This document shows, piece after piece, positions 52,339 to 61,638 of a stretch of 64,000 nucleotides of DNA (position 1 is the first letter of the stretch; every line of letters begins with the position of its first letter). The stretch lies in assembly GCA_048940445.1 (NCBI GenBank), contig JBHLON010000004.1, forward strand, positions 1 to 64,000, read 5' to 3'. This DNA is from Promethearchaeota archaeon (GTDB lineage: Archaea > Asgardarchaeota > Lokiarchaeia > Sigyniarchaeales > SOKP01). The notes under the pieces were generated by a model. The model saw only the letters and a list, made by a program, of their open reading frames with translations. It ran no database searches and was not told the origin of the DNA. The translations under genes and the position numbers were made by a program.

Positions 52339-53661
52339 ATGAATGAAAATATTGTTGAAGTAAAGAATCTTACCAAAATATATGATCAAGGAAACATTTT
52401 AGCTGTTGATGGTATAACATTCAATATCCAGAAGGGAGAAATTTTTGCTCTCTTAGGACCAAATGGAGCAGGAAAAACTACCACAATTTCAATTTTATCG
52501 ACATTATTAAATCCCACAGAAGGAGAAGCTTTAATAAACTCATATGATGTTAAAAAACATCCTGAGAAAGTAAGGAAGAGTATAGGAGTTGTATTTCAAG
52601 AACCTTCTTTAGATAATGAAATGAAAGGAAAAGAGAATTTAGAACTCCATGCCATCTTATATGGGATGCCAAAATCAGAAAGAAAAGAAAAAATTAACGA
52701 AGTCCTCAAATTAGTTGATTTACAAGATAAATCAAATACATTTGTGAAAAACTATTCCGGCGGAATGAAAAGGAGGCTAGAAATAGCTCGGGGATTGCTA
52801 CATAGACCTAAAATGTTATTTCTAGACGAGCCGACTTTAGGATTAGACCCTCAAACCAGAAGGAAAATATGGGGTAAAATAAGAGAATTGAATGAGGATT
52901 TAGGAATAACTATTTTAATAACAACCCATTATATGGAAGAAGCTGATGAATTAGCAGATCGGATTTGTATCATGGATCATGGAAAAATTATTGCTTTAGA
53001 TACGTCAGAGAATCTTAAGAAACAAATTTCTGGAGATATAATTGAAATAAAATTTGAAAATGTTGATGATAGAATGAAAATTGTGGATTTGATTTCTCAA
53101 GTTAGAAAACTACCAAGCATTAAAAACGTCTCATTTGGACGTTCGGCAGGTGATAGTGAATTTCCGATGGATTTGAATCTTCCAAAAAATATGCCCAACA
53201 TTAATCCTGAAATGATTAAAGCTCAAATGAGAGAGATGATGTCCGACCCAAAAAAGATCATTACAGCCATAAAGCGATTCCCTATGGCATCACAAATGAT
53301 CCTAAATGCTCCTTTCAACGTAAAAAAGAGGATTGCTGACCTTTTTACCGACGAACTTCTCGAACAAATTCCAGATGAGATTAGACAAGTGTTAGTTAAA
53401 ATCAAAAAAGGAGAAGTCTTAGAGCAAAAAAGTGATTCTGAACCAGAAATATCAATCTCATGCGAACATGGAGGTGCTTGTCTTTCAGAAGTCATTAGAA
53501 AGGTTGATGATAGTAGTCTCATCATAAAAACGGTAAATGTTCATGAGCCAAAATTAGAAGATGTGTTTTTACATTTTGTTGGAGCAGAGATAAGAGAAGA
53601 ATCCTCCAATCTTACCAAGACTATAAAAAGTCGTATACAAATGAGGCAATTAACGAGGTGA
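52339..53661 (+). CDS. DrrA-type ABC ATPase with an internal insertion in the C-terminal domain
   Basis: GPNGAGKTT, YSGGMKRRL, LDEPTLGLDP, THYMEEA, PKLEDVFL. Confidence 0.92.
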   Translation: MNENIVEVKNLTKIYDQGNILAVDGITFNIQKGEIFALLGPNGAGKTTTISILSTLLNPTEGEALINSYDVKKHPEKVRKSIGVVFQEPSLDNEMKGKENLELHAILYGMPKSERKEKINEVLKLVDLQDKSNTFVKNYSGGMKRRLEIARGLLHRPKMLFLDEPTLGLDPQTRRKIWGKIRELNEDLGITILITTHYMEEADELADRICIMDHGKIIALDTSENLKKQISGDIIEIKFENVDDRMKIVDLISQVRKLPSIKNVSFGRSAGDSEFPMDLNLPKNMPNINPEMIKAQMREMMSDPKKIITAIKRFPMASQMILNAPFNVKKRIADLFTDELLEQIPDEIRQVLVKIKKGEVLEQKSDSEPEISISCEHGGACLSEVIRKVDDSSLIIKTVNVHEPKLEDVFLHFVGAEIREESSNLTKTIKSRIQMRQLTR

Positions 53662-54464
53662 TTAAAGTATCTGATTTAAATATTATTGAAAGTAAATTGA
53701 ATCTTGAAGCTGTATGGATATTAGCCAGAAGAGAAGTTTATGAATTTTGGAGAAATAAAACTAGATTGATTTCCTCATTAGTGCAAGGGGTACTTTTTTT
53801 ATTTGTTTTTAGTGCTGCGCTAACAACAACAAGTTCAACTATTGTAATAAATGGGATAAATGTTGATCCAAGAGCTTATGCTGCTTCAGGAATCTCTGCT
53901 ATAGTTATCCTATTTACTGGAATTTTTGGTGGCATGGGGGTTATGAGAGATAAAATGTTTGGTTTTATGAAGGAGTTAATTGTTGCCCCGGTAAGCAGAA
54001 GAACATTAATGCTAGGAAAAACTTTAGGAGTTGCTTTACAAACACTAACCCAAGTATTTATCATTGTTATATTAGGTTTAATTTTTGGTTATTATGGTTA
54101 TGACTTTAGTATAATCTGGAAAATTCTGTTGATTCTTCCTGTTGCTTTATTAGCAAGTGTTGGTATTGTGGGTATGGGACTAACAATCAGTACACGAATG
54201 AGAGACTTCCAATCTTTTGGATTAATTCAAACATTTATTGTCATGCCTATGTTTTTAATATCAGGAGCTTTTTACACTTTAAGTGGACCCATTGGATTAG
54301 TTTCCATGTTTAATCCATTTACTTACAGCGTGGATCTTTTCAGGGTAGTATTAGTAGGGGCTTCATTCTTCCCCATCTGGCTTGATCTTTTGGTTGTAAT
54401 AGCATTTGGAACTGTACTCATTTTATTAGGAGCACGATCTTTTAGCACGATGGAAGTAAGTTAA
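53658..54464 (+). CDS. ABC-2 type permease (DrrB-like)
   Basis: DKMFGFMKELIVAPVSR, PMFLISGAFY, NPFTYSVD; overlaps the ATPase stop codon. Confidence 0.92.
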   Translation: MIKVSDLNIIESKLNLEAVWILARREVYEFWRNKTRLISSLVQGVLFLFVFSAALTTTSSTIVINGINVDPRAYAASGISAIVILFTGIFGGMGVMRDKMFGFMKELIVAPVSRRTLMLGKTLGVALQTLTQVFIIVILGLIFGYYGYDFSIIWKILLILPVALLASVGIVGMGLTISTRMRDFQSFGLIQTFIVMPMFLISGAFYTLSGPIGLVSMFNPFTYSVDLFRVVLVGASFFPIWLDLLVVIAFGTVLILLGARSFSTMEVS

Positions 54465-54574
54465 AAAGAAAGAGATGATTATATAATTTTTTATCTAACT
54501 ATTATAACAAGTACGTTTATAAGGGTAATTAAGGTTTTAAAACAACAATAATAAAGCAAAGACCTTGGGGTGAC

Positions 54575-56368
54575 TTGAAAAAAATGAATTCACTGCAAAT
54601 GATCGTGAAGTATTGGCTAAAAAGTAAAGGGATTTTTGCTAAAGCTATTATCCTGCAAATTATATCTACGATACTTCAACTTATGATACCGATCTTTATT
54701 GGACAACTTGTAGGTCGCTTAGATCCTGACGCACCAAACCCTATGAGTGTGAGTGAATTATTTTTTAACTATTTTATGATAATTATCCTTGGTTTAGCAG
54801 TATTTCTCATCTTTCGCTATTCACGTATTTTAGGAGCACGAGTTTCAACGAATGCCTTATATTATGTAAGGAAAGATATACACAATGCGATAAACCGCCA
54901 ATCATTTGCTTATTTTGACCAAATGGAAGCAGGAAATCTAGTAGCGCGGGCTACATCAGATGTAGAACAGACAAATATGATCTTTGGCTTTGGATTGGCG
55001 GTAGGAGTCCAAGGGATTATCCAACTATTCGGAGTACTGATTGCTGTATCAGTTCTTAAAACCCAAATGATGTGGATTTTCGCAATCCTTATCCCCTCAT
55101 CACTCTTAATCTCGTTAATTATTACGCATAAACTCCGTCCAATTTATTATGAAAGTCGGGAAGCTTTTGGAGAACTCACCAATACAATTCGAGAAAACAT
55201 TGTAGGATCACAAGTTGTTCGGATGTTTAGTATGCAAGATAAAGAGTTTCAGAAGTTCAATATAAATAACAAAAGATTTTATAAGGCTAGCGTACGCTCG
55301 GTGAAAATTAATTCACTTTATATGCCAATCAACTTTGTACTGATGGGATTGATGATCGTTCTTACTTTATTTGTTGGGGGAAACTTAGTGGTACAAGGCA
55401 TTATGTCTCTCTCAACACTCATCACGTTTCAATCCTATATTGGTCTAACTACGTTTCCTCTTGTCATTCTAGGGCAAATAATGATCATGTATGTCCAAGC
55501 GGATGCTGCCTTACGTCGAGTGCGAGAAGTGATTGAATCCGCTCCAGAAATCATAGAAAAGGCGAATCCTATTAGTGGGAAATATATCAAAGGAAATATT
55601 GAATTTAATCACGTTTCATTTGGATATACTCCAAGTAACCGGGTACTCAAAAATTTAACATTTAAAGTACCCGCAGGACGAAAAATTGCTATTTTAGGGA
55701 CTACTGGTTCAGGAAAGTCAACTATTATTAATCTTATTCCCAGATTTTATGATGTGAGTAATGGTTCCATCAAGATTGATAATGTAGATGTTAGAGACTA
55801 CAATATCGCTGAGTTACGTTCAAATATAGCCATTGTGTCACAGGACACATTTCTATTCAACAAAACTATTAAAGAAAATGTAACTTATGGTAAAGAAGAA
55901 GCAACAATGGACGAAGTGATCGCTGCTGCACGTAGTGCAAATATTCATGATTTCATAACTGGATTACCAGACGGATATCAAACTTTTGTGGGAGAACGTG
56001 GTACGCGGCTTTCTGGAGGTCAGAAGCAACGTCTAAGTATTGCTCGTGCTATCATTATTAAACCAAAAATCTTAATCTTTGATGATTCTACTAGTTCTGT
56101 CGATGTTGAAACTGAGTATAAAATCCAACAAGCACTCGAACAAATTATGAAGAATACAACAACGTTCATTATAACACAAAGGATCTCTACTATTCGGAAT
56201 GCAGATGAAATTCTTGTATTGGATAAAGGTCGTATTGTAGGATATGGTACTCATGATACCTTGATCCAAGATAATGTCCTCTACCGGCAGATATTTGAGA
56301 CTCTCTATCGCAAGCAAAAAGAACTTATCGAAAAATCAGTAATAACCAAAGAGGAGGTTCATGGATGA
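54575..56368 (+). CDS. ABC exporter, fused TMD-NBD (heterodimer subunit A)
   Basis: 6-TM TMD, GTTGSGKS, LSGGQKQR, and the degenerate site DDSTS/TQR. Confidence 0.93.
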   Translation: MKKMNSLQMIVKYWLKSKGIFAKAIILQIISTILQLMIPIFIGQLVGRLDPDAPNPMSVSELFFNYFMIIILGLAVFLIFRYSRILGARVSTNALYYVRKDIHNAINRQSFAYFDQMEAGNLVARATSDVEQTNMIFGFGLAVGVQGIIQLFGVLIAVSVLKTQMMWIFAILIPSSLLISLIITHKLRPIYYESREAFGELTNTIRENIVGSQVVRMFSMQDKEFQKFNINNKRFYKASVRSVKINSLYMPINFVLMGLMIVLTLFVGGNLVVQGIMSLSTLITFQSYIGLTTFPLVILGQIMIMYVQADAALRRVREVIESAPEIIEKANPISGKYIKGNIEFNHVSFGYTPSNRVLKNLTFKVPAGRKIAILGTTGSGKSTIINLIPRFYDVSNGSIKIDNVDVRDYNIAELRSNIAIVSQDTFLFNKTIKENVTYGKEEATMDEVIAAARSANIHDFITGLPDGYQTFVGERGTRLSGGQKQRLSIARAIIIKPKILIFDDSTSSVDVETEYKIQQALEQIMKNTTTFIITQRISTIRNADEILVLDKGRIVGYGTHDTLIQDNVLYRQIFETLYRKQKELIEKSVITKEEVHG

Positions 56369-58800
56369 AAAAGAAAGGCATTCAAGAGAAATTAGAACAA
56401 TCTGAACAGGAGATCAACCCAGAAGAAGCAAGAAAATTAGAAGAAATAGACAAAGAAAGACAGCTGCGACCAATAGGTCCTACAGTTGGTCGTCATCGTG
56501 GTCCTATGATGTTTATGGATGATAAAGCTAAACTTGAACATAAACGACGTGTTTTATGGAGATGGATTTTCTCTTATCTTTTTCGACATAAAAAGTCGTT
56601 TATTTTCTATGCTATTTTAATTGCAGTGGGAACTATAATAAATATAGTCACACCACTGTTGACAAGGAGTCTAATTGACGCTGGAATAATTCCGAGAAAT
56701 TCTCAGGTGATATTAAACATTACTCTCCTTTACATATCTCTTTTGATAATCATGGCTTCAGGAAATTATATTGGTTCTTATGGTTTGGGAAAAATTGGTC
56801 AAACAGTAGTTTTTTCGATGCGTAATGATGTTTTCGAACAACTCCAGAGGATGTCTATGTCCTATTTTGATAAACATCCTTCAGGTGATTTGATCTCACG
56901 TGCTACTAACGATATTGATCAGATAAATCTACTAGTAGGAGGACAATTGGTTCAGATTATAACGAGTATAATCAGTCTTGGATTAAGTGTCACATTTATG
57001 TTTATACTAAATCCTTTCCTTGCACTATTTGGATTAATTGCTTTCCCTGTCTTTTTTATAATGTCTAGATGGTTCCGGAATCGTGTTATTGGTGCTTTCA
57101 AAGAAACTAGAAAAAAAATTAGTAAGGTTACTTCTTCAATTGAAGAAAATATCACAGGAGCAAAAACTGTAAAAGCATTCGGACAGGAAAAGAAAGCAAG
57201 GAGTGAATTTGATCAAGCGAATATGGAGAATGCCGAAGCTTCATTTCGAGCACGGCGAATATTTGCAACTTTCTTCCCATTCATAACTTTTTTATCTTCA
57301 ATCATAACAGCAAGTGTCCTCACAATCGGAGGATATGTCAGTTTAATAAATTTTGCACCTTTTGGAATAGCCATTACTGTTGGGGTACTAGCTGCATTTA
57401 TACAATATATGTCAAACTTCTTCCAACCTTTTATGACACTTACCCAAATTCAGCAGGTTATTGAAAGCGCAATGGCCGCTGCGGATCGAATCTATGCTGT
57501 CTTAGATGAAGAGGTTGATCTTCCTGATCCAAAATATCCTGTAACAATTGAAATTCCTAAAGGAATGATCGAATTTGAGGATGTGAGTTTTGGCTATAAA
57601 TTCAATGAAACACAAAAAGTAAAAGCTGTCTCTACTAAAAAAGCGTTTAAAATTCCAAACCCTAAAGGACTATCGGTTAAGTCTAAAAATGAAGCTCCAC
57701 AAAAAATAGATACCACATCTATTTCGGATAGGGGTAAAAAGTCTGAATTAGACAACGTACCTCCGTTCTTACAAAGGATGTTAAAAAATCCCGAGGCAAT
57801 TAATAGAATGCTTCGGGAGTTGGAAAAAGCACTTAAAGGTCAAGTGAATATATCAAGCAGTAGTGGTAGCGGAAGTGGAATGGGTGGTGAAACTGGTGGG
57901 ATGATGGGTGGCAGAGGAGGAATGGGAGGTAGAATGAATCCAAGGCAACTTCTTCGAATGTTAGCCATATTACCTCTTCCTGAAGTAACTACTAAAAACT
58001 TTCCCGAAATAATAAAGAAAGCAATTGAAGAAGAACGAACCCTTATGGAACACGAGGCAATGATAGGTTTTGTTTTAAAAAATGTAAAGCTCAAAATCGA
58101 TGAGGGTAAAACTATAGCTATAGTTGGCAGGACTGGTGCTGGTAAAACGACATTTATCAAATTAACGTGTCGGTTTTATGATGTTACTGATGGAAAGGTG
58201 TTGATCGATGGTGTGGATGTAAAAAGATTGGGTAAAAAAGATCTTCGCAATTTAATTGGTCTTGTTCCCCAAGATTCATTTCTATTTACTGGTACTATCA
58301 GAGACAACCTATTGTATGGATATGATAATCTTACTCCTGAAATGAAAGAAAAATTAGAAGCTAAAATGATTGAAATCTCAAAATTCTTAGGTCTCCACAA
58401 TTTCATTGAAGCACTACCAAAAAAGTATGATACCAAATTAAAAGAAAATGCATCTAATATCTCCATTGGGCAGCGTCAACTCATCGCCTTTGCTCGTGCT
58501 TTGATCCAAAATCCCAAGATACTAATTCTTGACGAGGCAACTTCTTCTGTAGATCCCTATACTGAGTCATTAATTCAAGACGCCCTGGATCGAGCTAGAG
58601 AGGGAAGAACAACTATAATAATTGCTCACCGTTTATCTACAATCAAAAATGCGGACTGGATTGTTGTGCTTGATCAGGATAAGAAAGGTATTGTAGAGCA
58701 AGGTACCCATGAACAACTGATAGTAAAGGAGAATGGGGTATATAAACACCTTCTAGACATGCAATATAAAGATATAGAAGTAGAAAATATTGAATCTTAA
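56365..58800 (+). CDS. ABC exporter, fused TMD-NBD (heterodimer subunit B) with ~155-aa insertion in the NBD
   Basis: GRTGAGKTT, ISIGQRQL, LDEATSS, AHRL; the insertion lies between FEDVSFGY and VLKNV. Confidence 0.92.
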   Translation: MKKKGIQEKLEQSEQEINPEEARKLEEIDKERQLRPIGPTVGRHRGPMMFMDDKAKLEHKRRVLWRWIFSYLFRHKKSFIFYAILIAVGTIINIVTPLLTRSLIDAGIIPRNSQVILNITLLYISLLIIMASGNYIGSYGLGKIGQTVVFSMRNDVFEQLQRMSMSYFDKHPSGDLISRATNDIDQINLLVGGQLVQIITSIISLGLSVTFMFILNPFLALFGLIAFPVFFIMSRWFRNRVIGAFKETRKKISKVTSSIEENITGAKTVKAFGQEKKARSEFDQANMENAEASFRARRIFATFFPFITFLSSIITASVLTIGGYVSLINFAPFGIAITVGVLAAFIQYMSNFFQPFMTLTQIQQVIESAMAAADRIYAVLDEEVDLPDPKYPVTIEIPKGMIEFEDVSFGYKFNETQKVKAVSTKKAFKIPNPKGLSVKSKNEAPQKIDTTSISDRGKKSELDNVPPFLQRMLKNPEAINRMLRELEKALKGQVNISSSSGSGSGMGGETGGMMGGRGGMGGRMNPRQLLRMLAILPLPEVTTKNFPEIIKKAIEEERTLMEHEAMIGFVLKNVKLKIDEGKTIAIVGRTGAGKTTFIKLTCRFYDVTDGKVLIDGVDVKRLGKKDLRNLIGLVPQDSFLFTGTIRDNLLYGYDNLTPEMKEKLEAKMIEISKFLGLHNFIEALPKKYDTKLKENASNISIGQRQLIAFARALIQNPKILILDEATSSVDPYTESLIQDALDRAREGRTTIIIAHRLSTIKNADWIVVLDQDKKGIVEQGTHEQLIVKENGVYKHLLDMQYKDIEVENIES

Positions 58801-58914
58801 TTTTAAGTTATTGAATTCCGAATTTAAATATTGATAGAGTTAATTTTAAAATTAGATAAAATTATTTTGTCTCCTTTTATTTAACATATTTAAGTATAAT
58901 TTTGGGGATACAAT

Positions 58915-59676
58915 ATTCCTTATTACGATTATTTAACAAAAAAGATATATTATAAAGTAAATGGCCCAGAAACCTATAAAGCAGTAGTATTCATCCATGG
59001 CTCTGGTGGAAACTCGGATATTTGGAAAGAACAACTCAATATCGATATTAACTACAAATTAATTGCATTAGATTTACCATCACACTGCAAATCTGATGAA
59101 TTTGAAGAACTTAATTTAGGTTTATATAGTGCGATTGTTGAACAATTAATCGAAGTGTTAAAGCTACGAGAAATAATTTTAGTTGGGCATTCATTAGGGG
59201 GAGCTATCGCTCAAAATTTATTCTTTAGGAGTCCTGAAAAGCTTTTGGGTTTGATTTTAATTGGTACAGGAGCGCGATTAAGAGTAAGTTCTAATATTCT
59301 TGATACATTAAAATATAATTACAATAAGTACTTAGAAACATTATTTGTCGGAGCTTTTTCTCAATTGACCAATCATGAGTTAATTAAGAAAGCAATGAAA
59401 GAAGCATCCAAAGTTAGTAATAAAGTTACCTATGATGATTTTTCTATCTGTGATAAGTTCGATTTATTAGATAAGATACATTTGATTACAATTCCTTGCT
59501 TAATCATTGTTGGAAATGAAGATAAATTGACACCTGTTAAATATTCTGAATATTTTAATAAAAAAATAAAAAAGTCAGAACTGCACATTATTAAAAATGC
59601 GGGGCATATGGTGATGATTGAACAACCAAAAGAAGTAAATACAGCAATAGAAAATTTTATTAAAAAATATTTTTAA
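58915..59676 (+). CDS. Alpha/beta hydrolase
   Basis: GHSLGG, D and H catalytic motifs. The oxyanion motif FIHGSGG lies upstream of the listed GTG at 59155, so the start must be earlier; ATT at 58915 gives (M)PYYDY. Confidence 0.88.
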   Translation: MPYYDYLTKKIYYKVNGPETYKAVVFIHGSGGNSDIWKEQLNIDINYKLIALDLPSHCKSDEFEELNLGLYSAIVEQLIEVLKLREIILVGHSLGGAIAQNLFFRSPEKLLGLILIGTGARLRVSSNILDTLKYNYNKYLETLFVGAFSQLTNHELIKKAMKEASKVSNKVTYDDFSICDKFDLLDKIHLITIPCLIIVGNEDKLTPVKYSEYFNKKIKKSELHIIKNAGHMVMIEQPKEVNTAIENFIKKYF

Positions 59677-59783
59677 TTATATTTTTCTAATCAAACTTAA
59701 TAGCATATTATAAATATATTAACATCTCTATACTCAATAGAACTTCTTAATAAAATAAAGAAAAAAATTTACTTAATTTTGTT

Positions 59784-60569
59784 ATGCGTGAATATACTTA
59801 TGGACCATTCCCTTCCAGACGATTGGGATTATCACTTGGGATTGACGTATTACCTAAGCAAAAAATTTGCACTTTTAATTGTGTTTATTGTGAAATTGGT
59901 CCAACAATTGAGTTAGTCGCACCTGAATTTAGATTCAGATCACCTCCTAATCATAGATTTAGAAAAGAGTTAAAAGATATTTGTAAACATTTTCCGCATT
60001 TAGATTCAATAACTTTTGGATATAATGGCGAACCCACATTGAATGACAATTTATTAGACTTTTATAAGATCACTACAGAAGTTAGAGCAGAGATGAAATG
60101 GGATATAAATCAACCAAATCTAACTATTTTTACAAACTCAAGCACTATATACTCACAAGAGATTCGTGATAGATTATTGAAATTTGATTTTATTGTAGCT
60201 AAATTAGATGCAGCATTACAATCTGATTTTAAGAGAACCAACCAGCCCCATCAGGATTTGAGAATTGATAATATTATAAATTCTCTTATTCAATTAAAAA
60301 GAAGTATGAAAAAATCTAAATTAGCTATTCAATGTTTAATTTACAATTCTTATAGGAAAGATTTTAAATCAAATGATCATAATGCAAATATAAAAAAATT
60401 AGCCTTAGCTATAAAAAAAATAAATCCTGATATTGTTCAAATCTATTCTATTGCGCGAATTCCAGCACAATATTTTGTATATTCAATTGATGACGAGAGA
60501 AAAAAGGAAATTGTAGGAAGTTTTAAAGAAATTGTAAATAATGAACAAATAAAAATAGAATATTATTAA
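59784..60569 (+). CDS. Radical SAM protein
   Basis: YGPFPSRRLGLSLG, CTFNCVYC, NGEPTL, TNSS, KLDA. Confidence 0.9.
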   Translation: MREYTYGPFPSRRLGLSLGIDVLPKQKICTFNCVYCEIGPTIELVAPEFRFRSPPNHRFRKELKDICKHFPHLDSITFGYNGEPTLNDNLLDFYKITTEVRAEMKWDINQPNLTIFTNSSTIYSQEIRDRLLKFDFIVAKLDAALQSDFKRTNQPHQDLRIDNIINSLIQLKRSMKKSKLAIQCLIYNSYRKDFKSNDHNANIKKLALAIKKINPDIVQIYSIARIPAQYFVYSIDDERKKEIVGSFKEIVNNEQIKIEYY

Positions 60570-60602
60570 ATTTATTAAAAAATTATATTTTGTTAACTTA
60601 TT

Positions 60603-61616
60603 TTGGTGATTAATGTGGTTAAATATATTATAGGAGTTGATATTGGAGGCACATTAATTAGAATAGCAATATGTTCCACGGAGCTAGATGAAAAAAGTAT
60701 TAAAATGAAAACTGTAAAAACTCCAAAGGAACATGAGTACTCAATTGTTAACTCAATTATTATTTTGATTACAGAACTCTTAGTTGAAAATGATATTACT
60801 AATGAAGATGTTATTGGTATTGGTCTTGCTTCAGCAGGACCTTTAGATATGAAAAAAGGGGAAGTTTTCAATAATGCGAATTTAGGATTTAAAGTTATTC
60901 CATTAAAGCAACCACTAGAAGATCGTTTTCCAGGAATTCCAATTTATTTGATGAATGACTGTAATTCTGCGGTTCTTGGTGTTCACTTTTTTGAAGCTGA
61001 AGAATTTGAGAAAGAGGACCTAGCTTATATTACCATGTCTACTGGAATCGGAGGTGGAATGATATGTAATGGCCATTTATTAATTGGTAAAGATGGAAAT
61101 GCTGCAGAAATAGGTCATGCGATAGTTGAACCACATAGTGATCATCAATGTAATTGTGGAGCTTATGGGTGCTGGGAAACTTTTAGCTCAGGCACAGGTA
61201 TAAAAAATCGAGCTTTAGAAGCATTAGAAACCACTAGTTTAAACTCAAAAATATTAATGTTTATGGTAGATAATGACTCATCTCGCATAACAACAAAGGA
61301 AATTTTTCAAGCTGCTAAAGGAGCTGATAAATTTTCTAAAAGTATTATTGAAATGAGCACATATTATAATAAGATTGGAATTGGCTTAGTTAATAATTTT
61401 TATGATTGTTCTTCAATTTATTTTGGAGGTTCTCTGTTGAAAGATCAAGAGTTAATTATTCCACCACTAGTTGAGCAATTTAAGAGAGATCCAATCCAAT
61501 TTACGATAAATCATCCTCCTAATATTAAAGTAACAAAATATTTAGATGATATTGGTGTGAGGGGAGCTCTGGTTTTAGTAAAGTACAAGATAGAAGGAAA
61601 TCCAGTAATTGCTTAA
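60603..61616 (+). CDS. ROK family sugar kinase (glucokinase-like)
   Basis: GVDIGGT, NDCN, STGIGGG, EIGH...CNCGAYGCWE. Confidence 0.92.
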   Translation: MVINVVKYIIGVDIGGTLIRIAICSTELDEKSIKMKTVKTPKEHEYSIVNSIIILITELLVENDITNEDVIGIGLASAGPLDMKKGEVFNNANLGFKVIPLKQPLEDRFPGIPIYLMNDCNSAVLGVHFFEAEEFEKEDLAYITMSTGIGGGMICNGHLLIGKDGNAAEIGHAIVEPHSDHQCNCGAYGCWETFSSGTGIKNRALEALETTSLNSKILMFMVDNDSSRITTKEIFQAAKGADKFSKSIIEMSTYYNKIGIGLVNNFYDCSSIYFGGSLLKDQELIIPPLVEQFKRDPIQFTINHPPNIKVTKYLDDIGVRGALVLVKYKIEGNPVIA

Positions 61617-61638
61617 AGATTGATAGTTCTGAAAAAAA

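Noticed and set aside
57598-58065. Intein in the ABC NBD
   Set aside because: No N-terminal Cys/Ser block A, no terminal His-Asn followed by C/S/T, and no LAGLIDADG motifs.
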